Positions 28,610 to 40,394 of a stretch of 64,000 bases of DNA are shown piece by piece. Positions within the stretch are counted from its first letter, which is position 1. Every line of letters begins with the position of its first letter. The notes beneath the pieces are model-generated. The model saw only the letters and a list, made by a program, of their open reading frames with translations. It was not told the origin of the DNA and did not search any database. Source of the stretch: Auanema rhodensis. Lineage: Eukaryota > Animalia > Nematoda. Position numbers and translations under genes: made by a program. The stretch covers positions 14,880,001-14,944,000 of the forward strand of contig OZ059897.1 in the NCBI GenBank assembly GCA_964057225.1, read 5' to 3'.

Positions 28610-31600
28610 CTGGAAAACATTAGAATATTGTAGATTATTAGCAAAGTAAAAAAAGGAATTAAACTTTTGAGAAAATCCATGAGAACTAATCATTAATTAT
28701 AAACAATATTTTAGAATAAAGCTTATTTAAAATTATAAGAATATTTCAGAATATTGCAGAATTATTTAACAGGAATAAATGAAAATTAAACATTTGTTTT
28801 AAAAATTGGAAGAAACTCCAAATAGAAAAAAAGCTTATGAAAAGCTTAAATGGCTGTAAAATGAAGCCAATATGAAGAAGAAGTGAATGAGGATGCACAC
28901 TGATTTGGATCAGCTATTGCCTTCCTTATATACTTTTTGGAAGGTGTGACGTTTTATTTTTTATGTCTCTACCTGATCAATCCTCTCCCCTTTTGTTAAC
29001 GCCCACTTTCGAGATCCGCCCCTAGTATCCTCGTCTCCTACCCCCAGGCGACGATCTGTTATCTGTACATAAAAATCATAAGTTTTGAAACAATTTTTTC
29101 GAAAAACGTTTTAAGCTAAGCTTGTAAGTAAAGTTGTATCATTATTAACAATACGTTTTATGAAAAATAAAAAAATAATTGTACTGTTACGGGGAAATAT
29201 GGATTCAACTATAATGTCACATTTAAATATTTGAATAAAATATTCCAGACATTTATACATAATAATGAAAGTATAAACTTTATTGAAACTTTAAAAAATG
29301 TTTTTTGTACTATGAAACAATGATTATTTATTCATATATAATCATATAAAAAAAGATTTTTTTGAAATTATCTTCCATTTTGGAAAATAAAAATATTACT
29401 TTTGGAACCATTTTAGTCAAAATTATCAAAATGTACAACTTATTAATAATCTTTATTTCTATTTTTAATTAATTATTTAGTAATTTACGTTTATATAAAT
29501 ATATAAAACATATCGTTTTCACCAATAAAAAATCTTGAAGTTCTAAAACATATTTCTTTTCGATTCACTCGTATTTGAAAATCGCAGATCTAGGTTGTTG
29601 TTTAAGCTTACTGTAATGAGATGGAAAAGAGACTTTTTGAATCTGAAATTGTTTGATTCTTCTTGTTTTTATCAATTTTTTATTTGAAAAATTGACAATT
29701 ATGACATATTAATATTCTTATTATATTATATATTATACAATATAATATACATATTTTATTTTTTGATTTATTACTTTTCAAATATAATTAAATTTTAGAT
29801 TAATATTATAATTAACTTTCACTTTTATGAAATAATAAATAACTTTCTCTTGTTGTAATCAAGCATGGTTTGCCGATCATTCATCGCTTTGCACTGCCCT
29901 GTTTTCCAGAACAGATAAGGATGAATCTTCCACCCATTATCTGCGTCTGATGAACAGATGAATGTCTTTTTCAACATCTTTTTTCTTTCTTTTTTTTGTC
30001 TATTCTCTTTACCATTCGCTCATCATTTTCTTCAACAATCTCTTCCCCCCCCAGGGCATAATCGTTTTTGTCCAGTTTTGGGCAGTTTCTTAAGTCCAAC
30101 TCTCGATTTCTTGCCTCCCAACGAAGAAAGATGAACTAATGAGACGATGTCAAAGGATCCAGATGATGACCTGTGATCATCTTACGTGAAATTCATCCGA
30201 GCTGGATTAGTGTAATCGAGCCACCTACAGTTTTCTATCTTCGGTGTGAAGAGGTTTATGAAGTAAAGATTTCATTCAATTAATCATAAAAATTAGCGGC
30301 CGTCGAATGAGTGTTTATTAGAATTGCATGATCTCATATAAATATAATTTAAAAATTAAAAATAATTAAAGATATTATATTCTATATAGTTAATAATTTG
30401 TTTGAATTGCCTCGCCTATAACTATCCTTTGGTTTTTTTCTCCTTAGATTAGATGAAATAAAGAAAGCTTAAGATGAGAACAGCTAAAGAAATTGAAATC
30501 TCGTCAGCTGATTTTCATGTCATGTGGTTAATGCTTTGAAAGACAAGGCCAAAGAAGTTGACAGTAATTTCAATTGGCATGAAGCTTCTTTGGAATTTGG
30601 ATAGCTTCGTTAGCTTTATTAGTTTTATTATAAATATTATGAAACTAATGTATATAGTCAACCGTTCTATATTCAAATAAAAAATGATTTTTCGGCATAC
30701 GTGTTATACGTGAACATTATTCCCATTAATTAGCATATTATTAAATAAAATTATTGACAACACCAGAAACATAATTCTTCATTTTCTCGATGGATGAACT
30801 GATTTTAAAACTGTTTGAAAGCTATATTATGAATTATTTTAAGTTTTTATTATCCGTTTAAGACCTAACAAATGGTTTTCGTGATCAAGATGGATATATC
30901 TATGATTATGAAAGGAAGTATGCTGAGGGGTTTCTGCTCCTCTTCCTTAGCTTTTTCTGGTTATCGTTCCCGTCCATCAGACACCCGTCAACTGCCTGAT
31001 GAACTGACCATGGTTTAAACAAGTTTTTAGGTAGTCGCATCACCTGAAATATAGTTTTTTGTCAAGGATTCATATCACTTCTTATATTCTTTGTTTTAAA
31101 AATAAGAAAAAAAATGGATTATTTTTTGCGTATCTTTTTTCATAACGCTCTTTTACGGAAATTTTTTTGTTTTATATAGTTTAATTATATAATTATTTTT
31201 AGTTAAATATTATATAAAAAATAACTAATTATGTAGATTATATATAATATTCAATATATTATTCATATAAATTATTTATTTAAAAACCTATTGGAAAATT
31301 GTTCTCATCAAATATCATTTTCTCTCTTCTCTCATTCTGTTTATGACGGTTTTTGATCATTTCTTTATAGGACATATGCTCGATCAAACTGTTCTCTTCT
31401 AAGGTCCATGCCATCAGGGAACGGCCCAAGAAATCCGGTTCTTCACTTGAGATGTTCTTCGAGGTCGTTGAGAAAAGGAGAAGCTGTTTTTCTTATTTAT
31501 CACTTCAAGTTATAACTCATTTTTGATAAGTTTATATTTGTTTTTTGATATATTCTTTCGGAAAACTTTCTTTCTTAACTTAAATTTCTTTAGAAAAACT

Positions 31601-31669
31601 ATCGAATTCAAAATATTTATTTCAAAGAAATAGTTGTCAGCTTGGTTTTTGCTTTTGTGCCATATTAGC

Positions 31670-33172
31670 TTAATTATAACCAGGGGGAGTTCTTGGTGGT
31701 GAGCAGTGTTCGCAACTTCCTGGTGTTCCATCGTTTCCTTTAGGCCCTGGAGCTCCAACCTCTCCATCATTTCCATCTGGTCCATTAATTCCTCTATCTC
31801 CCATTTCTCCCATATCTCCATCTAATCCAGGCATTCCCTTGAATCCATCCATTCCAGGGAATCCTTGTGGTCCTTGAGGTCCAGGAGGACCTGCTGGTCC
31901 ATCAGGTGAAAGCATATAATTGATCTAAATAGAAATATATAATAATAATAATAATGATAATGATAATTATTATTATTTCATCATAATTAATTATGAAAGT
32001 ATAATTTACACAGAGTGAAAGTGCACTTGGATCATAAATAGAATCCGTACTGGCTAAGATTCTATTCTTGTCTTTGAATTAGATAGTTCGGGCGGTAGAT
32101 GAATGGAAATTGATACAGGCTAAATCCATTTGAAGCTTTTTAAAATCTTCTATTTTACCAATTACAATGATATTCATCTAATTTATGATTAAAGCATTTT
32201 CAATTCATTTTCTGATTTTTCGCTGAATTATTTGGGAATGTTTTAATGATCAAAGAACTTATTTGAAGTTATTTGTTACTTTCAAACTTTACTTACCAAT
32301 CCGGATGGTCCTTGTTCTCCCATTGGTCCATCTTCTCCGTCAATTCCCATTTCTCCCATTTCTCCCATTGGTCCACATATTCCTTGAACTCCTGCCTCAC
32401 CAATCTAAATAATTATGCTAGTGCGGGGATTCGTAATTGATATATACTGGTCCTGGAGGTCCATCCTCTCCAAGAGGTCCTCGGGCTCCAGCGCGTCCTG
32501 GAGGTCCAGGTGGTCCTGCGGGGCAATCATAACAAAAATCAGCAGCAGTTGGTACAGCATTTTCATCAGTAGCGTCTGGTCCAGGTATTCCTGGGTTTCC
32601 ATTTCTACCGTCAGCTCCTGGCTCTCCTTCTTGTCCAGGCTGTCCAGCGGGACCGGGAATTCCAACTCCACAAGAGCAGCACAGTTCAGGAGCTAGATTA
32701 CGCTTCTGACGAACAGCCTTCTCAGCATTACGAACTGCGACAAGCTGGAAAATTTCATGTAAACGAATGAATGGCACTTTTCAATGTCCAAACTTTTTCG
32801 AATTTGGATTCAATTCGTTTGCAAAATTGAAACAAAAAAAAAGGGAAAAAGGGATTAAGAAGTGTGAAAAGATGCAATGAGAATATGTTTTTTGATCTAT
32901 TAAATATCTGAGACACCTTTTGTATTTCATCCCGAAGTCCATAATTACGTGAACGGCAAAAATCAACTTCTTGACGATATGTATTATCAATATGATGTGC
33001 ATGCATACACATTAATGGAACAACAATGATAGCAACAAGTGATACAATAGTTGACACAGTAATTCCTTTAATATTTAATAAAAAAATAATAATAAAATAT
33101 AATAAACAAACCAAATATTGCAAGTCTTTTAGAAGCTATAATTTCTTCATTTTTCTTTAAATTATTAGCCAT
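31670..33172 (-). CDS. Nematode cuticle collagen (divergent copy B)
   Basis: [21 protein letters not shown] / [19 protein letters not shown]...VDFCR, RQKR, CCSCGVG, Gly-X-Y exons, C-terminal [14 protein letters not shown]. Confidence 0.9.
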
Positions 33173-34502
33173 ATTTTGAGATCTAAATTATATTAATAAA
33201 TAATACTTTAGATAGTTAGAACACCTTATATAGATTATATCATATATAAAATAATAGTTTTATTCAAATAGTATTAGTTCTGATATTATAATTAAAGTTC
33301 GTTTCTCAAGACACGATATAGAAAATCATATAAGAATTGATGCTATAATCAGTTAATTTCAAAGTTTTAATATTATACTACATTCTGTCTTATGTACTCG
33401 TACAAGTGTGACTGTCAGGCTGGGCTTTTGGTCAAAAAAAAACCCATTCTTTTCATCATTATGTGGTATGAATAACCATATACCATTGAATAGTAGTACG
33501 ATGTGTAACAGTTGATAAAAATTTTATCAGCAAGTCAGCCAGATTTTTGAGAAAAAAAGGCTTTTAAGCGAATTTCTACGTTAGTTTCGTTTAATTTGAA
33601 TTCTAAGTTTTGTTCTTTTGAGCTCTTGAAAATGCTATAAAGATGGTAGTATCTTTCAAGCGGAACTGTTCTTTTTTCTTTTTTCAAAATTCTTTTTTCT
33701 TTTACAATATTTATCTTTTTAAAAAAGTTCCTGAGATTAATAGACTGTCTTTCAACATTTTGTTGCAGGATAGAAAGACATGAAACCTGAAAACTTGCAT
33801 GGTTTAAAAAAAATAATAGATAGCATGAAGAACCATCATTCCAATTTATTTCTATGTGTACATCGGAGGTTAGCCGACTGCGTGCGGGCGTAGTGTTGAG
33901 CAACAAGTCAAGGGTTCGAATCGGCGAATGACGAAATATACAGACCTGTTCTGAGTGAATGTGAGGACAGCAATTCATCACAACCGAGGCCTATTCTTTC
34001 TCTTTTAATATTTTTAAAATTTATTTTCTTTTAATTTGAAATGAAAATAATAATTTAAATTATTATGGCCAAAGGGAATATACAAAGCCGTATTGAATAT
34101 ATCTGAGGATAATTCTACATAAACACCAATGTTTCTGTTCATTATTTTGTTCATTTAATTGAACAAAAGATTTTTTTGTCTATTTGATCTAATGATTTTG
34201 AAATAGACAATACTTAAACTTTTTTTTTGGTTTGAAAATACTCGATGGAATCTATGAATCATTTGAAAGGTTATAAGAATATATATATATATATATATAT
34301 AAAGAATAACGTGATTAGTTCAAACGAAGAAATATACAAATTACATGTTAACATTTTAATTTGGCTTATGCATGATGAACACGTTCGTTTATAGTTTTTG
34401 CTGATAATTTGATGTCCTCGGCCAACTCGCTAAAACAATGCGAAGAAGAATAGCCTTTAAACTATACAATCCTAGTAAGAAAGTTTTCAAAGTTTTATTA
34501 GG

Positions 34503-34572
34503 GAGAGAGAGAGAGATAGAGAGAGATAGACACGACAAGAGAAAGAGAGAGAGATAGAGAGAGATAGAGAGA
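34503..34572. repeat. GA-rich microsatellite (GA/GAGATA)
   Basis: Direct reading of gagagagagagatagagagagataga... Confidence 0.7.
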
Positions 34573-34898
34573 TTTGGTGAACTATTATGTATATTATACT
34601 ATTTTTCTTTCTATTTTGTTGTATTAAAAGATTTTAAATATTCAAATAATAGAAGTGTTGTGACAAAAGTTTATTCAGTCTGATCATATGATCAATCAAT
34701 AAATACATTATAAGAATAATAGTTAGGGCAATTGTAGTTTATATGATGTTAGACATCATCAACCGGCTATATGACATACTCGCGAAAGTTTCGAGAATTT
34801 AGGATTTTTGTGTTTTAATTATTGCGTTGTGTCCCGTTATTACCGAAAGAACGAAGTAGAAAAATCTTGAGAATGTCGCATGGCAACAAAGGATTTGC

Positions 34899-36244
34899 TT
34901 AATATCCTGGAGCGGTTCTTGGAATTGGACAGTGATCACAGCCTCCTGAAATAGCAGAAATGTATAATCGGTATGTTCATTTATAATTTGATGTTGGTTA
35001 GATATATGGAAGTGAAGTGATTTTGTAATTGTTAAATTGATAATATGATTAGAGCTAGATGTTTCAATGTGATGTAGGAAGTATTTGAAGGATTACATGT
35101 GGATAAGTCAAGCTATGTTCAGCAACTGCTGATCTATCAGACAAGCGGATCAGTTTTTAATGAACTTGATAGCGCAATGGAACGTAAGGCTCTCATCAGA
35201 TATCTTTCTGACCGACATGGAGACAGCGTTGACGCCGTGTTTAGGTGTCTAGCGGAGACAACGATGTCGAAATCAGATTTTCAACCTGTCTTGTATCAAA
35301 TGATCAGAGTACAGGTCACTTTTCAAGCAGAAAATAACTTCTTTGAAGGGTGGGGAATGCCTTTGATGGAATGTTTGTAATTCTTTTGTCACTCACCCTT
35401 TGGTCCGTCGTTTCCGGCTTCTCCAGCTTCTCCTGGAGCTCCTGGGTTTCCTGGGGTTCCGTCTTGTCCGCAGTCTCCTTGTGGTCCTGGTGGTCCGGCT
35501 TGTCCTGGGTTTCCTGGTCTTCCGTCTTCTCCTGGTGGTCCTTGTGGTCCTTGCTCTCCTGGTTGTCCTGGTGGTCCTGGTGGGGCTGGGACAGTGCGGA
35601 CTTGTCCTGGAGCTCCTGGACGTCCTGGAATTCCGTCGTTTCCTGGTTCTCCTGGTGGTCCTTGTGGTCCTGGGGCTCCTGGAGCTCCTCCACGTCCTGG
35701 TGGTCCTTGCTCTCCTGGAGTTCCGCTGTTTCCTGGTTGTCCCTTTGGTCCGGCTTCTCCTGGTGGTCCAGCTGGTCCAACTGGGCATTCGAAGCAGAAG
35801 TCTTCTGGCTTTGGTTGTCCACGATCAGCTTGAGCGTCTGGACCTGGTTGTCCTGGGGCTCCTGGGCGTCCATCCATTCCTGGTGCTCCGTCTTGTCCTG
35901 GGTTACCGGCTGATCCAGCTGGTCCCATTCCGCAAGAACAGCATTGGTAGGTTTGACGCTTCTCACGTTGTGGCTTAGCAATAGCCTCAATCTACAAAAT
36001 ATAAATGATCAAATAAGAAAGGATATATAATGCAAACCTTGGTGTATTCTCCTCTGAGTGAATCAGCACGAGTTCTGCAGAAGTTGATCTCATCTTGAAG
36101 TCCAGATTGAACGTTCTGCATGTACATGCAGAGCATTGGAACAGCAACAATGGCGGTCAAAGTGGCAACAGTAGAGACAGCAACTCCGAAGAAGGCGAAC
36201 TTCTTAACGGATTCAGCCTCGATGAGCTTTTGTTTGTCTTCCAT
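34899..36244 (-). CDS. Nematode cuticle collagen (copy C, paralog of A)
   Basis: Same N-terminal exon as copy [14 protein letters not shown], Gly-X-Y, a 451-bp intron at 34946-35396, and last exon [14 protein letters not shown]-stop. Confidence 0.95.
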
Positions 36245-38592
36245 TACCAACTGAATAGATAGGGAACAGTTGATTATATTATATAAGTTAAGAAAAATAA
36301 GAATAAAAGAATAATTTAGAATAACTATAGTATGCTATACTAAAACTTTTTGTATGTTGAATATAGAAAATCAAATGATAAATAACTAAATATAAAATGG
36401 TCTATGAAAGTATAAATTTCATAAATAAATGTTTAATTGATGTAATTAATGAATGGAAATGTAATGAAATGAATGAGAAGCTGAGGATACAATGATAGAG
36501 CCGGGATTTCCAGCCTTATAAAGGCCCGATTGGGCGTCACATCCATAAAAAAGTGGTCCGTTAGTTGGGTACCGGATAATGGACTGAAGTGAACTTTCTA
36601 AAATGTCCAGTAGGGATGACTATCAGTACTTTTTATGGTTGGGCCCGTCGCGTTTTTTCTGTACCTCGGCTGACCCCGACAACGACGATTTGAAGCGTCC
36701 TCGATGTAAAACGACTAGGTAGAAGTTGATAATACATATTCATGAAGAAGACGACGATGGTAGATGTCAGATGAACTATCATCATGATAACTTTCCATTT
36801 TCATCCAAAGCTCTATGAAATCTGCAATATCTGGTTTCATGATCTGACTTTTTGAAAAAAGTTTTATTTTGGTTTTGTGGTAATTAATAATTAAATATTA
36901 ATGTTTATAACTTATATAATTTATAATAAATAACTTTATAAATATTCCTTTTTTATGATTTCTTGAATATAATATTTTATTTAAAAAGATATATTGAATA
37001 GAAAAATAGAAATTATTACAAATGAATATTTTTTCAAATAATTTGAAAAAATAAATAAAATTATAAGCAAATATTGTATAAATTTAATGATCTTTGATTT
37101 CTTATATTCTTTAATTAATTTTTTTTTATTTTTCAAATAAAAAAAAAAGATTCCAACATAACATTCTAATCTTCGATATTATTTCATTCACCTTATGACA
37201 AATAATGAAGAAGAAATCGAACTTCTCATGATTTCAGATGACCATCAACGATAATTCCTTTTGATTTGAGAAAATACATGTTATTACATTTTTTTTTGAT
37301 TAAAATTCTTAGAACATTAGATCATTTAATTATAATATCTAATTTATATAATATCATTATATTCTATAAAAATTTTAATATTTATTTAAAAATATATAAT
37401 TAACTATATTATTAATTATATATTTAAATATAGTTAATATTTATTTAATAAATATAATAATAATCATCAATATCTTGTTATATTCTCTCTTTGATATATT
37501 TTTTTCTTGTTAACATCTTCTTATTTGGAAACCGGTTAGAGCTTCATTCTAAAACGTAATCTTCTCTTACACTCTACCTACTAACCCCTCCCCATATCGT
37601 TCTTTCTTTCCGTTCCTCTTCTGTTTCTTCTCCTTATCTATTCATTCAATCATAGTTGACAAGAGGAGAATCATCAGGGTTTATCCAGAAAAAACCGGGA
37701 CGATTTGGGTGAAAATGTCACGAAAGTGAATGTATTTGTGATATATAGGGCTTCCAAATTGATAATAAGAATAAAAATTTCTTATTCTTCAAAAAATTAT
37801 ATTTTATATTTCATCTATAAGTTAATTTTATATTTCAGAATGTAAAAATCTTTTTTCAAATAAAAATTATAAAGATTATAACAACTTGATTTTCAAAAGA
37901 AATTTTGATATATGAAGACATGATAATCTTAACAGCTTTTTCATGTTTAGCTTCTCTTTCAACCGAAATAACACCTTCTTCGTTTTTTTTGATTTCATTA
38001 CTGAAATTCCTTCTGAAAAGAGACTCTCATGAACATATCATTGAAGCTGGATATCAAAAAAAAGAACAGAGAATTGAATGATACCGATTGCGAGATGGTT
38101 GGAATTGTTCCAGCTTTCCAAAAATGGTCTGCCCATCATTCCAGACATCAACTACGTCATTTCACGATATCAAACGTGTTTTCAGATGTTTTTTTCGGCT
38201 GTTCGGTATGAAATGTGGTTGATGTCCAGATGGTATCATGAAAATTTACTATTCAAACACCACATACTCATTGTTATTCAGAATTGGATATTCATGTATT
38301 ATATATTTAAAAAAATAGATGTTGACCGAAACGGAAATGAGCAGGATGCGAGTGTGAAGAACTTTTTCGGAAGTTGATGACCGCTAGCTAGACGGCAACG
38401 GAAAGCTTTTGTAATCTGCTCATCTGAGCGGTTTTAATCGGTTAATCATCAAGGAAACTGAAAGAGTTTCAACTGGACTTCACTTCTTCGACCTTCTTGC
38501 ATCACTCCCCATGCTGCTTACGGCTCTGTCAGGCTACATCAGGCTCTATGGCAGCCTATACATCCCATACCACATACGGCGATCCAGTCAAC

Positions 38593-38672
38593 TTGGGTAT
38601 TCAGATGTGTAGAATCTGAATTTCCTAGTGAGATTCAGTCGGAACCTCTGTTTTTTCTCCGAAAAAGGGTTT
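38593..38672 (+). repeat. Isolated degenerate partial copy of the 200-bp satellite monomer
   Basis: ttgggtattcagatgtgtagaatctgaatttcctagtgagatt matches the monomer (1 mismatch in about 43 bp), then diverges. Confidence 0.85.
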
Positions 38673-39257
38673 TTCTAATTTAGATTAATCATCTTAAATT
38701 AAATGTTTCAATGCTTAGTTCACTAATGAAGTCGAAAAAAGTTGAATAAAATGTAAAATAAAAATAATGAAAATAATTAAAAGTAAGTTAACTGAATGAA
38801 TTTCTAATTAATATAAATAAGTTTATATATTATTTTTTAAAATAAATAAATAAAATATTTGAACCGAATTAATGATTATCAGTGGAGCGCATCTCCAAAA
38901 AGTGTTATTCTCTGGTATGGTTTTAATGAAAAAATATGGTTAACAATAATAAATTCAGTATTATTTAACTTGAATATATTAAATCAAACCCGTAGAACCT
39001 GAAAAACCGATCAAAATTCAAAAATATGGTCAAATTAAAGAGATATAACGACTTGAACATAGCCCTTATAGTAAGGCTATATTGTCTTAAAGTTTATATC
39101 ATATATCCATTTTTTATTTTATCATATAGTTACCAATTATATATAAATGTGGTCAATAGCCGAAAGGATAAGATGACAGACTGACAACCAAACAGTCCAA
39201 GATCGAATCCCCTAGGATACTGAACAGAACATAAGGTAAGACAAAGATTATAGAAAA

Positions 39258-40108
39258 GAGCCCGAGGATCAGGAGCCCGAGGATCAGGAGCCCGAGGATC
39301 AGGAGCCCGAGGATCAGGAGCCCGAGGATCAGGAGCCCGAGGATCAAGAGCCCGAGGATCAGGAGCCCGAGGATCAAGAGCCCGAGGATCAGGAGCCCGA
39401 GGATCAAGAGGCCAAGGATCAGGAGCCCGAGGATCAAGAGGCCAAGGATCAGGAGCCCGAGGATCAAGAGGCCAAGGATCAGGAGCCCGAGGATCAAGAG
39501 GCCAAGGATCAGGAGCCCGAGGAACAGGAGCCCGAGGATCAGGAGCCCAAGGATCAGGAGCCCGAGGATCAGGAGCCCAAGGATCAGGAGCCCAAGGATC
39601 AGGAGCCCGAGGATCAGGAGCCCAAGGATCAGGAGCCCGAGGATCAGGAGCCCGAGGATCAGGAGCCCGAGGATCAGGAGCCCGAGGATCAGGAGCCCGA
39701 GGATCAGGAGCCCGAGGATCAGGAGCCCGAGGATCAGGAGCCCGAGGATCAGAACCCCGAGGATCAGAACCCCGAGGATCAGAACCCCGAGGATCAGAAC
39801 CCCGAGGATCAGAACCCCGAGGATCAGAACCCCCAGGATCAGAACCCCGAGGAGAAGAACCCCCAGGATCAGAACCCCGAGGATCAGAACCCCCAGGATC
39901 AGAACCCCGAGGAGAAGAACCCCCAGGATCAGAACCCCGAGGAGAAGAACCCCCAGGATCAGAACCCGAGGATCAGAACCCCCAGGATCAGAACCCCGAG
40001 GATCAGAACCCCCAGGATCAGAACCCCGAGGATCAGAACCCCCAGGATCAGAACCCCGAGGATCAGAACCCCGAGGATCAGAACCCCCAGGATCAGAACC
40101 CCGAGGAG
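39258..40108 (+). repeat. 15-bp minisatellite (GAGCCCGAGGATCAG, switching to AACCCCGAGGATCAG near 39752)
   Basis: About 56 tandem 15-bp units read directly, with one 14-bp unit near 39961. Confidence 0.95.
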
Positions 40109-40109
40109 A

Positions 40110-40360
40110 AGAAGCTGGATGGGAGAAGCTGGAGGGGAGAAGCTGCAGGAACGAGCCCGAGGAAGAAGCTGCAGGAACGAGCCCGAGGAAGAAGCTGGAG
40201 GGAGGAGCCCGAGGAAGAAGCTGGAGGGAGAAGCTGGAGGGGAGAAGCTGGAGGGAGAAGCTGGAGGGGAGAAGCTCGAGGGAGAAGCTGGAGGGGAGAA
40301 GCTCGAGGGAGAAGCTGGAGGGGAGAAGCTCGAGGAGGAGGAGCCCGAGGACGAGGAGCT
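40110..40360 (+). repeat. Purine-rich 27-bp (13+14 bp) minisatellite GAAGCTGGAGGGA-GAAGCTGGAGGGGA
   Basis: Tandem units read directly; they appear as KLEGEAGGE repeats in ORF 40119..40469. Confidence 0.85.
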
Positions 40361-40394
40361 AAACCTTCCGAAAAAAATTTTGGATTCCGAGTAT

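Noticed and set aside
29870-31500. Gene in the GC-richer patches between collagens A and B (similar patches at 1-300, 20.0-20.8, 26.8-27.1 and 38.0-38.5 kb)
   Set aside because: Only short, interrupted frames with no recognisable motifs. They could be regulatory or decayed sequence, but no call is supportable.
33883-33925. tRNA or SINE head (GGTTCGAATC B-box at 33913-33922)
   Set aside because: Too short, with no cloverleaf or convincing A box; a similar isolated word occurs near 22810.
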